From NCBI GenBank assembly GCA_051382335.1, contig JBBCAX010000140.1, positions 1-48,186 of the forward strand: a stretch of DNA of 48,186 bases, read 5' to 3'. The translations under genes and the position numbers were made by a program. Each line of letters starts with the position of its first letter. Positions within the stretch are counted from its first letter, which is position 1. Below are positions 10,525 to 18,639 of this stretch, in pieces. The notes beneath the pieces are model-generated. The model saw only the letters and a list, made by a program, of their open reading frames with translations. It ran no database searches and was not told the origin of the DNA. Source of the DNA: Deltaproteobacteria bacterium TL4. Its GTDB lineage: Bacteria; SAR324; NAC60-12.

Positions 10525-12306
10525 ATGAAAATTCCTTTCATCACCCCTTTTGTTCGGTATTTTATCCTTTTTAACAAGCACACGGGGAAGGTTTTATACG
10601 CGTTTCTCTTATTGAGTTTTGTAACCAGCTCCATGGCCGGAATTGGACTGACCCTGTTTGTCCCGCTGTTGTCTCAGACAGGGATTGGTTCGGGTGGTGA
10701 TGAAATTTCGAGCAGGGTTCAACAATTTTTGTTGCTGCTTGGAATTTCGAATACCTTCAGAAACATTTTAATGTTAACCGTTTTGGTTTTTGTCTTCAAA
10801 GGCGCGATGCAGCTAGTCGTAGGGATTGTTCAGTCCTATGTGCTTGCCAATCTTACGAAAAATTTACGAAGCCGCTTCATGCGTAAATTAACGCAGTTAG
10901 ACTATCGTCAGTATATTCAACATCATACTGGATTTTTCACAAATCTTGTCACCTCGGAGATCATCCGAACGGTGTCCGCTTTACACGCATTCACTCAAGT
11001 CATTACCTTTGGTATCAATGTCCTCATTTATTTAGCCGTCACCTTCACCATCCAGCCCCAATTCACGACCTTTGCTATTTTAGCCGGGTTCATGGTAATC
11101 TTCCTCCTCCGTTCTTTTTCGCGATTATCGAGGGAATATTCAAGGCGCATTACAGAAGAAAGCGGGTTATTACAACAACTGCTAATACAAGTTCTGCATG
11201 CGTTTAAGTATTTAAGCGCAACCAATCGTTTTGAGAGTGTGTTGAGTCGTTTGATAGAAAGTATCTGCGCGTATTCCCAGTTGGAATTCCGTACCACGAT
11301 GTTGGGAAAAACCCTGGAAGCCTTGACCGAACCGATTGCGGTGGTGTGTGTTTCCCTGGTGCTTTTTTATCACGTTGATGTCCAAAATCAACCTATTGCA
11401 CCCATTTTAGTCGCCATGGTGTTATTGCAGCGTATCATGAATTCGCTCATGATGGTGAATTCACAATGGCAGGGATTTTCCGCACAAATCGGGGGGGTCG
11501 AAATTGTTTTTAATACGGAGTCTAAAATAGATGAAATGAAAGAACGTTATGGAGCCTCCCCCTTTGAAGCCTTAACTCAAGGGATTGTGCTAAACCAAGT
11601 TTCGTTTTCATACGGAGATAAAAAGATTCTTTCACAGCTCAACATCACGATTCCCAAGCATAAAACCGTTGCTTTGGTGGGAGAATCCGGGGCTGGTAAA
11701 TCGACTCTGGTGGATTTGATCACAGGCATTCTTTCTCCGACAGAAGGAACGCTTTGGGTGGATAATATTGACTTGCGTGAAATCAATACTTTAATGTATC
11801 GTCAGAAAATTGGATATGTCACTCAAGAAGGTATCATTTTCAACGATACCGTGGAACACAATATCAGCTTGTGGGCACAGGACGATGAAGGTCTGGCTCA
11901 AAAAATCCTTCGCGTCGGACAGCAAACACATTGCGACGAATTTGTCTCCAAAATGGAACAGGGCTATGCTTCTCCTCTTGGAGACAGGGGGGTTAAACTT
12001 TCGGGGGGACAGAAACAACGGATCACCATTGCGCGAGAGCTTTTTAAAGAGCCGGAAATCTTGATTCTGGATGAGGCCACCAGTGCCTTGGACGCGGAGA
12101 CTGAGAAATTCATTCAACAAAGCATTGACGAGCTCAAAGGTCAGCTTACCGTTATCATCATTGCGCATCGGATTTCAACGATTAAAAACAGTGATTATAT
12201 TTATGTTCTGGACCAGGGAAACGTCTTGGAGGAAGGAACTTTCAACGAACTCAAAGCCCAAAAACACTCGAAGTTTCATAAAATGTGTGAAATGCAAGGG
12301 GTCTGA
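10525..12306 (+). CDS. ABC exporter, fused TMD-NBD (MsbA/PglK-like flippase)
   Basis: Multiple TM helices; Walker A GESGAGKS, LSGGQKQR signature, ILDEATSALD. Confidence 0.93.
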   Translation: MKIPFITPFVRYFILFNKHTGKVLYAFLLLSFVTSSMAGIGLTLFVPLLSQTGIGSGGDEISSRVQQFLLLLGISNTFRNILMLTVLVFVFKGAMQLVVGIVQSYVLANLTKNLRSRFMRKLTQLDYRQYIQHHTGFFTNLVTSEIIRTVSALHAFTQVITFGINVLIYLAVTFTIQPQFTTFAILAGFMVIFLLRSFSRLSREYSRRITEESGLLQQLLIQVLHAFKYLSATNRFESVLSRLIESICAYSQLEFRTTMLGKTLEALTEPIAVVCVSLVLFYHVDVQNQPIAPILVAMVLLQRIMNSLMMVNSQWQGFSAQIGGVEIVFNTESKIDEMKERYGASPFEALTQGIVLNQVSFSYGDKKILSQLNITIPKHKTVALVGESGAGKSTLVDLITGILSPTEGTLWVDNIDLREINTLMYRQKIGYVTQEGIIFNDTVEHNISLWAQDDEGLAQKILRVGQQTHCDEFVSKMEQGYASPLGDRGVKLSGGQKQRITIARELFKEPEILILDEATSALDAETEKFIQQSIDELKGQLTVIIIAHRISTIKNSDYIYVLDQGNVLEEGTFNELKAQKHSKFHKMCEMQGV

Positions 12307-12339
12307 TTGAGGTCATTTTCACGTATCGTAGAGAAAACC

Positions 12340-13332
12340 ATGCCCAAAATATTTATTTCAACCGTTCCTTTTGGGGAAATTGATAGAACCCCCCTTGATT
12401 TACTGGAGCAAACCGGATGGGATTATCAAATCAATCCATTGGGACGTAAACTGACTCCTGAAGAGGTTGGCGCGTTTGTTAAAGATGGTGAGGGTCTGAT
12501 TGCTGGAACAGAAAATCTGGATGTTGTTTTAAAAACGGCCAAGAACCTTAAAATTATTTCAAGAGTTGGCATTGGTCTCGACTCTGTGCCTTTGGCAAAA
12601 TGCAAAGAACTGGGAATAACGGTCGCTTACACCCCTGATGCGGTGACCCACGCCGTGGCGGAATTCACGGTGGGCATGATGGTCAGTGTCACACGCTATG
12701 TGTGTCAAGCGGATCGTAATGCGAGAAAGCCTGTCTGGAAGCGTTTTATTGGCAAACGTATAGGGGAGTCGGTGCTTGGAATCATTGGTGTGGGACGTAT
12801 TGGCACTCAGATCATTCGTTTGATTTCAGGTTTCAAACCTAAAGAGATTCTGGTGAATGACCTCAAGGACAAAACCCAAGAAATTCAACAACTGCGCGAT
12901 CAATATGGACTCTGTATCCGTCAGGTTGAAAAAGAGGAAATTTATAAAAACGCGGATATTCTTTCGCTGCACGTCCCGCTCTCACCATTAACCCGAAATT
13001 TGATCAACAAAGACGTGTTTCCACAATTTCGCAAAGACGTTTTTTTGATCAATCAGGCGCGAGGAGGGATTGTGAATGAAAGCGATCTCTATGAGGCGCT
13101 CAAAGCACAAACGATAGCCGGTGCCGCGATTGATGTTTTTGAGCAAGAACCCTATACCGGACCTTTGACTGAGCTGGAAAATATTGTTTTGACCCAACAC
13201 ATGGGTTCTTGTTCTTTTGATTGTCGATCCCGGATGGAAATTGAGGCCGCTGAAAATCTCATTCGGTTTTTTAAAAAAGAACCTCTTCTGGGTGAGGTCC
13301 CCGAAGAAGAATATACCTACCAGCAGCAGTAG
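12340..13332 (+). CDS. D-2-hydroxyacid / phosphoglycerate dehydrogenase family protein
   Basis: RVGIGLD, GIIGVGRIG, SLHVP, INQARG, DVFEQEP and QHMG motifs. Confidence 0.9.
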   Translation: MPKIFISTVPFGEIDRTPLDLLEQTGWDYQINPLGRKLTPEEVGAFVKDGEGLIAGTENLDVVLKTAKNLKIISRVGIGLDSVPLAKCKELGITVAYTPDAVTHAVAEFTVGMMVSVTRYVCQADRNARKPVWKRFIGKRIGESVLGIIGVGRIGTQIIRLISGFKPKEILVNDLKDKTQEIQQLRDQYGLCIRQVEKEEIYKNADILSLHVPLSPLTRNLINKDVFPQFRKDVFLINQARGGIVNESDLYEALKAQTIAGAAIDVFEQEPYTGPLTELENIVLTQHMGSCSFDCRSRMEIEAAENLIRFFKKEPLLGEVPEEEYTYQQQ

Positions 13333-13333
13333 C

Positions 13334-14032
13334 ATGATCTATTTAAATCACATTTTATCAAAAAATACCCCCCTATACGCTGATAGTGGAACGCTTGAAT
13401 TCAAGGAACTGAGTCGCATAGAGCAAGGGGATTCCAACAATAATACGGAACTGTCTCTAGGCCTTCATACAGGAACGCATATTGACGCGCCTTATCATTT
13501 TGATAATGAAGGAAAGAAACTTGAGGATTATGATCCTGACTTCTGGTTTTGCAATCACCCTTTTTTAATCAGATACGCGGCGGGGCATGGAGAAATTTTG
13601 AGCCTTGAAAACATGCTTTCGTTGTTGGAAAGCATTCCGTATGATTGCGATTTGCTTTTGCTCCAAACGGGTTTTGAGCAATACCGTACTCCTGACGCCG
13701 TGACTCAGGAAAAAGCCTATATTTTTAAGGGACCGGGGCTTGCTCCGGAGCTTGGGCTTTGGCTGAGAACCCATCGTAAACTTAAAATGATTGGATTTGA
13801 TTTTATTTCTGTAACCAGCTATACCCAGCGTCCGTTGGGAAGAGTCGCTCATCGGGCTTTTTTGACAAAAAGTCCGAAGGGTTGTGAACCTCCGCTTCTC
13901 CAGGAGCCGATTCTTGTCATTGAAGACATGAAACTTTCAGGCTTGAGCACTTCCCCCAAAAAGGTGATTGTCGCTCCTTTGCTTTATCAAAACGCAAATG
14001 GATCTCCCGTAACCGTTATCGCGAAAACATGA
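13334..14032 (+). CDS. Cyclase / kynurenine-formamidase family metal hydrolase
   Basis: HTGTHIDAPYHF motif; start at ATG 13334 directly after the upstream stop. Confidence 0.88.
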   Translation: MIYLNHILSKNTPLYADSGTLEFKELSRIEQGDSNNNTELSLGLHTGTHIDAPYHFDNEGKKLEDYDPDFWFCNHPFLIRYAAGHGEILSLENMLSLLESIPYDCDLLLLQTGFEQYRTPDAVTQEKAYIFKGPGLAPELGLWLRTHRKLKMIGFDFISVTSYTQRPLGRVAHRAFLTKSPKGCEPPLLQEPILVIEDMKLSGLSTSPKKVIVAPLLYQNANGSPVTVIAKT

Positions 14033-14033
14033 G

Positions 14034-14672
14034 ATGCCCCTTTCACTCGCTGCCTATCAGGCTATTTTTTGGGATTTTGATGGCGTCATTAAAGAGTCTG
14101 GCCCCGTAAAAACCAGCGCGTTTCGGCAGTTATTTGAAGCCTATGGAGAATCCGTTCAAGCTCAGGTTCAGGCGCATCATGAGGCTAACGGCGGCATGTC
14201 ACGCTTTCTGAAAATTCCCATCTATTGGGAGTATGCCGGACTTGAGGTGGAGAAAGAGGAGATTGAACACTGGTGTGAGCGCTTTAGCCAACTGGTTGTG
14301 GACAATGTCATCCAGGCGCCCTGGGTTTCCGGCGCGGAAGCTTATATACGTCAAAACTACAAAACTCAGCCGTTTTTTCTCCTCACAGGTACGCCCCATG
14401 ACGAAATTCTTTATATTCTGGAACAAATAAATTTGCTTCACTGCTTTCGCGCTGTTTATGGGGCGCCTCATCCAAAACCAAAGTCCATTCAAGCCGTGCT
14501 TCAAGAGCATAACTACACAGCCAGCCAATGTCTCATGATTGGAGATGCTCTGGTTGATTATCATGCCGCAGAGTTCAATCAAATCGATTTTCTCTTACGG
14601 AGTACCTCTGAAAATGAGTCCCTGTTTGCGTCGATAACCTGCAAAAGGATCACTGATTTTGACCAACTATAA
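14034..14672 (+). CDS. HAD family hydrolase (phosphoglycolate phosphatase-like)
   Basis: WDFDGVI motif I and MIGDALVD motif IV. Confidence 0.9.
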   Translation: MPLSLAAYQAIFWDFDGVIKESGPVKTSAFRQLFEAYGESVQAQVQAHHEANGGMSRFLKIPIYWEYAGLEVEKEEIEHWCERFSQLVVDNVIQAPWVSGAEAYIRQNYKTQPFFLLTGTPHDEILYILEQINLLHCFRAVYGAPHPKPKSIQAVLQEHNYTASQCLMIGDALVDYHAAEFNQIDFLLRSTSENESLFASITCKRITDFDQL

Positions 14673-14709
14673 CGATTCCCTCTTTTTTAAGAGCTTTGTC
14701 GATTTTTAG

Positions 14710-14830
14710 GGGTTGCCTCTAAGTTCGGCCATTTTGACGGTAGCCTTGGGTTTCGTCCCAGGGGATACTGCGCACATTGTTCCTCGGGGCGAAACCCGAG
14801 GCTACCCCTGGCCGAAGTTAGACCCAACCC
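14710..14830. mobile_element. MITE-like element carrying an inverted GTAG-REP pair
   Basis: 22-bp TIR (19/22), flanking direct repeat CGATTTTTAG at 14700-14709 and 14831-14840 (8 bp if the ends are read as GGGG/CCCC); inner arms 14739-14763 and 14782-14806 (21/25). Confidence 0.88.
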
Positions 14831-15744
14831 CGATTTTTAGCCAAGACCATCAATCTGTCCGCACTGCTTGGACGAATAGCTTTTGCTCTTGCCGGGAATT
14901 TAGCCAACTTCGTCATATTTTTGCTGGTTATTTTCGCTTTTAGAGACTCCATCTTGTTTAGAATTTTTTCAAAAAAATCAAAGGGTTTTCCAAACATTCC
15001 TTCTTTATTAAAAGACACGAATAAGGGAATTTCTAATACGTCAACAACTTCAAAACCTGTTTTTTCAAGACAATAAATGAGCGAATGCATTGTAGGCATT
15101 CCTTGAACATAATCGCCATATCTTGAAAAAAGAGAAGGACTGCTATTTTTTTCATAATATCGTGATTTCCCTTGATGGGCTTTGATCAGGAGAAATCCTC
15201 CAGGAACCAGCATTTCTGATAGTTTTTTCAGACATTCTTGTAAATCGATGAAGTAATAAATGACTTCCATCAGACAAATTAAATGATACTTCATCTGGGA
15301 TAAATGGGCAGGCATATTCTCTGGAAAAGTTCCTTGAAATACTTGAGAACCGTTGTCCTGAGCAAACTTCACCGCATTGACGTCTGGTTCCAAGCCAAAA
15401 GTATTAAAACCCAAATGCGTTAAGAAATGGCAATTGCTACCTGTAAACGTCCCGATATCCAAAGCGTTTCCCTGGGGTTTCATCCATTGGAGAATCATTT
15501 TTGTCCTGGGGTCTTTTTCGTTCCAGGATTGTTTTAGAGGGGCGGCGGCAGAAAAAATTTGTTTTGACTGATATAATTGGGAGTGATACTTCATCGCTTC
15601 TGATGAGTCCATTCTTGGACGGGGGTAAAGAGTTCCACATTCGTTACAAATAAAGACCTCTTGAGCGTTTCCATTTCTCAATTGTTGATGCTCTTTGAAT
15701 AAAGCCGCTTGTTGGTGGTGACAAAAAGGACAATCATGTAACAT
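14818..15744 (-). CDS. Class I SAM-dependent methyltransferase; last codons supplied by the MITE
   Basis: CPFC...CNEC, ALDIGTFTG, GLEPD and LVPGGFLLI motifs. Confidence 0.85.
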   Translation of the reverse strand: MLHDCPFCHHQQAALFKEHQQLRNGNAQEVFICNECGTLYPRPRMDSSEAMKYHSQLYQSKQIFSAAAPLKQSWNEKDPRTKMILQWMKPQGNALDIGTFTGSNCHFLTHLGFNTFGLEPDVNAVKFAQDNGSQVFQGTFPENMPAHLSQMKYHLICLMEVIYYFIDLQECLKKLSEMLVPGGFLLIKAHQGKSRYYEKNSSPSLFSRYGDYVQGMPTMHSLIYCLEKTGFEVVDVLEIPLFVSFNKEGMFGKPFDFFEKILNKMESLKAKITSKNMTKLAKFPARAKAIRPSSADRLMVLAKNRGWV

Positions 15745-16180
15745 GGTAAATCTGGGTTATGAGGTTTAAAATAAGATCTCAACAAGAAACTTCACACTCT
15801 GATAACCAAAGTCAAAAGTCCAGTTCTTTTCTGAAACACTAGCTTGTGGCGACCTATCGCTACAAGCCGGCAATCCCGATGGTGGTGCTCAGCCTCCTTT
15901 TTCTCGTCTTCGGGATGGTGTTGATGGTTCCTTGGAAAACAAGTTCGGAAAAATGACGGACGGTTTACGCTTCTCGGTTGTCGCCCCTTATTGCTGAATA
16001 TATTTTATCCAACTGTTAATATGGAATATATTTCAAATATTTTGCCAGTTTCGGACGGTTTGGCGGGGGTGTGTTGCCTTTCAGAAACACCATAGATGAT
16101 GCATTTTTTTATTTAACAGAAAAGATGGACTCAGTGAATGAGACATTTTTTTAGAAACCACATTTTAACAAAGGGAGACT

Positions 16181-16372
16181 ATGAAGACTTCAAATGCGAT
16201 GATCACGAGGGACGAAATCAATAAAGCCATGAAAGAGTTTGTTGCCAAAGGCGGAACCATCGAAGTGTTACCTGATAAATTTGAGAAGGATTCTATCAGC
16301 AAGGTATCCATGAACGATAAATATTGCAGCTATGAGGATATCGAATCTTTTAGTTATTTTGATATTGCTTAG
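16181..16372 (+). CDS. Small protein with SutA-like RNA-polymerase-binding motif
   Basis: GGGAG RBS; INKAMKEFVAKGGTIEVL resembles the conserved SutA segment (M.EFL..GG.V/I); terminator follows. Confidence 0.6.
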   Translation: MKTSNAMITRDEINKAMKEFVAKGGTIEVLPDKFEKDSISKVSMNDKYCSYEDIESFSYFDIA

Positions 16373-16403
16373 TAATTTGAGATTACAGCCCCCCCCCCCC
16401 TGT

Positions 16404-16446
16404 AAAAAAAGCCGTGATTGCTGTTAAGCAAAGCACGGCTTTTTTT
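16404..16446. terminator. Bidirectional intrinsic terminator
   Basis: A7-GCCGTG...CACGGC-T7 between convergent genes. Confidence 0.8.
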
Positions 16447-16533
16447 ATTTTAAATTCATGGTTAACTCATCCGCCTAAAAATGGGAGTCCACGAAATACG
16501 CCTGTTTCATGGACTGAGTCGTTTCCTCCATTT

Positions 16534-17493
16534 TTAAGCCCACAAAATCGGATTATCATCCAGATGCTCAGTGACCCTACTGCCGATTATATTCATTTCG
16601 GCTAACTCTTCCTGCGTTAAATCAACCTCACAGGCTTTTGCGTTCTGGAGCACCTGTTCCGCGTTTCTGGCACCCGCAATCGCACAGTTTTGTGGTTGGG
16701 CAATAATCCATGCGAGAGCCAGTTGCCCCAAGGTGATGCTTTTGGCGTCGGCAATCCGTTCTAATTCCGTAAGTGCCCGTTGCACCCGTTTGAAATGCTC
16801 GGGCTGAAAAAGTCGGTTTTCTGAACGGTGATCCCCTTTGGGAAACTGAGGGATTGCTTTAAACTTTCCGGTTAAAATGCCTTGTGCCAAGGGCGAGTAG
16901 GCCAAAATTGATAAATGGTGTTCTTGACAATAGGGCAGAGCGTCGTTTTCAACATGACGCCAAAACAAAGAATAAGGCGGTTGCAGGCTTTCAATAGGAC
17001 CATATTGAGCGGCTTCCTCCATTTGTTGCCGTGAAAAATTGGAAACCCCAATAGCCCGGATTTTTCCTTGTTTCTTTAATTCAACCATGGCTCGCATGGT
17101 TTCTTCAATTGGAACAATGGGGGTCCCAAAAGTACCGGAAGGCCAGTGTATCTGATAAAGATCAATATAAGCGGTATCCAGGTTTTTCAAGGATCGCTCA
17201 CATTGGCTGAGGACTTGCTGATATTGGAGTTTGTCGCAAAAGACTTTGGTCGCGATCACCACCTGCGCTCTGACATTTTTCAAGGCTTGTCCCACAATCT
17301 GTTCAGAATGTCCTTTCCCGTAAATAGCGGCGGTATCAAAGGTCGTGAGGCCTGAATCAAAAGCGACTTTCATCGCTTTCGTTGTTTCCGCGTCATCAAT
17401 CCCGACCCACATGCTCTTGCCGGCTTGCCATGTTCCCATAATGATGGGACTGATTTGAATGTCTGTGTTTCCTAAAAATCTTGATTCTCTCAT
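16534..17493 (-). CDS. Aldo/keto reductase
   Basis: FDTAAIYG, IATK, YIDLYQIHWP, GVSNFS and AYSPLAQGILTGK motifs. Confidence 0.95.
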   Translation of the reverse strand: MRESRFLGNTDIQISPIIMGTWQAGKSMWVGIDDAETTKAMKVAFDSGLTTFDTAAIYGKGHSEQIVGQALKNVRAQVVIATKVFCDKLQYQQVLSQCERSLKNLDTAYIDLYQIHWPSGTFGTPIVPIEETMRAMVELKKQGKIRAIGVSNFSRQQMEEAAQYGPIESLQPPYSLFWRHVENDALPYCQEHHLSILAYSPLAQGILTGKFKAIPQFPKGDHRSENRLFQPEHFKRVQRALTELERIADAKSITLGQLALAWIIAQPQNCAIAGARNAEQVLQNAKACEVDLTQEELAEMNIIGSRVTEHLDDNPILWA

Positions 17494-17515
17494 TTAAAAT
17501 CTTTTCTTCCAATGT

Positions 17516-17899
17516 TTAATTTGAATCTATTGAGCTTTCATCAATAGGGTTTAATAGCTCTAAAGTAGAAATCCAATTGAAATCCTTAATGTTACGAGTC
17601 ACTAATTTCAGACTATACTCTAAAGCCGTAGCGGCAATAATTGAATCCCCTAAACTCATCTTTCTTTGCTGTCTTAGCGAGATGGCTCGATTGAGGATGT
17701 CTTCTGAAATCGGAAGAACTGAGGCTGCTTTAAAAAATTGCTCAAAATATTTTTTTTCTTCAGGACTAAGTCGGTAAAAGCCTAGTACCTCCAAGGGACT
17801 AATTGCAGAAACTTTAGGCGATTTTTGTGCAACGAACTGACGTAAATCAGGATATTCGGATAACGAAGCATAAATGATAATATTACTATCCAGAATCAT
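17516..17899 (-). CDS. PIN-domain (VapC-like) toxin
   Basis: Start at ATG 17899 overlaps the upstream stop (TAATG); MILDSNIII, DSIIAATA and LVTRNIKDF motifs. Confidence 0.9.
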   Translation of the reverse strand: MILDSNIIIYASLSEYPDLRQFVAQKSPKVSAISPLEVLGFYRLSPEEKKYFEQFFKAASVLPISEDILNRAISLRQQRKMSLGDSIIAATALEYSLKLVTRNIKDFNWISTLELLNPIDESSIDSN

Positions 17900-18213
17900 T
17901 AACAATCCTCTCTTCCTGGTAAACTTGGATCCGTTCTCACTTCCTTTTGCCACGCTAACGGATCAGTGATAGAACGTTCTTTTTTAAGACTTGCCAATTT
18001 TTCTAAAGCTTCAGCCATCTGCTTGCCTTCAGAGGTCTTCTCTATTGAATAAGGGTTTTTCCCTAACGCATCCACAAGATGAGGCAATAGGATAGGCATC
18101 TGCTTAATTAATGTGGATACTATCCTTTCTGATAGACCTGACCTGTCTACTAATTCCCTTTGAGAGATTCCCTTTCGTTTTAATTCAGATTGAATTTCTT
18201 CTGAAGTCATCAT
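17899..18213 (-). CDS. Putative antitoxin: N-terminal HTH (Ner/XRE-like) plus DPLAWQ-type C-terminal segment
   Basis: ELKRKGISQRELVDRSGLSERIVS HTH; C-terminal ITDPLAWQKEVRTDPSLPGR; translationally coupled to the PIN gene; GAGGT RBS. Confidence 0.7.
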   Translation of the reverse strand: MMTSEEIQSELKRKGISQRELVDRSGLSERIVSTLIKQMPILLPHLVDALGKNPYSIEKTSEGKQMAEALEKLASLKKERSITDPLAWQKEVRTDPSLPGREDC

Positions 18214-18314
18214 AATTACCTCTTATCACTATAATTGAAAATTAGAACTGATACGAAGATTAAATAACTTTGAAGTTATTATCAAGAACTTTCGGCACCT
18301 TTCATTTACCGGGT

Positions 18315-18478
18315 TACAGTTTGTAACAAAAACCACTTAGCCCTCTCGTGACGTGGCTCTGCCACATCCTGTGTTTTTTAGAGGCTCTGCCTCTTTTAAT
18401 CCAGGCAGAGCCTGGGCTTATGGATTCCGTGGCAGAGCCTCGGAACCAGGTATCCTCTTTTGTACAGACTAAACTGTA
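18315..18478. mobile_element. Degenerate MITE-like element carrying a GGCAGAGCC REP cluster
   Basis: TACAGTTT / AAACTGTA inverted ends; four GGCTCTGCC/GGCAGAGCC hairpin cores in two facing pairs within 18345-18449, ending GGAACCAG. Confidence 0.6.
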
Positions 18479-18639
18479 AAAAACTACTTTTGCTCATTTT
18501 TGAAAGTTGTCGAATGTACCCTTGCAACTGTACTTCAATCCTATCATAGTCTCCAAAGTTATTAGATCTCGTGAATGAGAATCAAACCTACTTTCTTTCT
18601 GTTCACGATCCTTAAGCTCTCAAAAGGGGGGAACAACTT

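Noticed and set aside
14713..14943. 76-aa ORF on + strand
   Set aside because: Reads through the MITE and antisense to the methyltransferase; no RBS or recognisable motif.
15842..15955. Hairpin GCTTGTGGCGA/TCGCTACAAGC and a hydrophobic frame ending ...MVLMVPWKTSSEK*
   Set aside because: Possibly a gene remnant, but no clear start or family assignment; too weak to call.
16473..16537. Nested inverted repeats after the aldo/keto reductase stop as an IS200/IS605 end
   Set aside because: No tnpA/tnpB remnant; adequately explained as a 3' hairpin.
18345..18449. CRISPR-like array of GGCAGAGCC repeats
   Set aside because: Units are 9-bp cores in opposing orientations with short irregular spacing; no cas genes.
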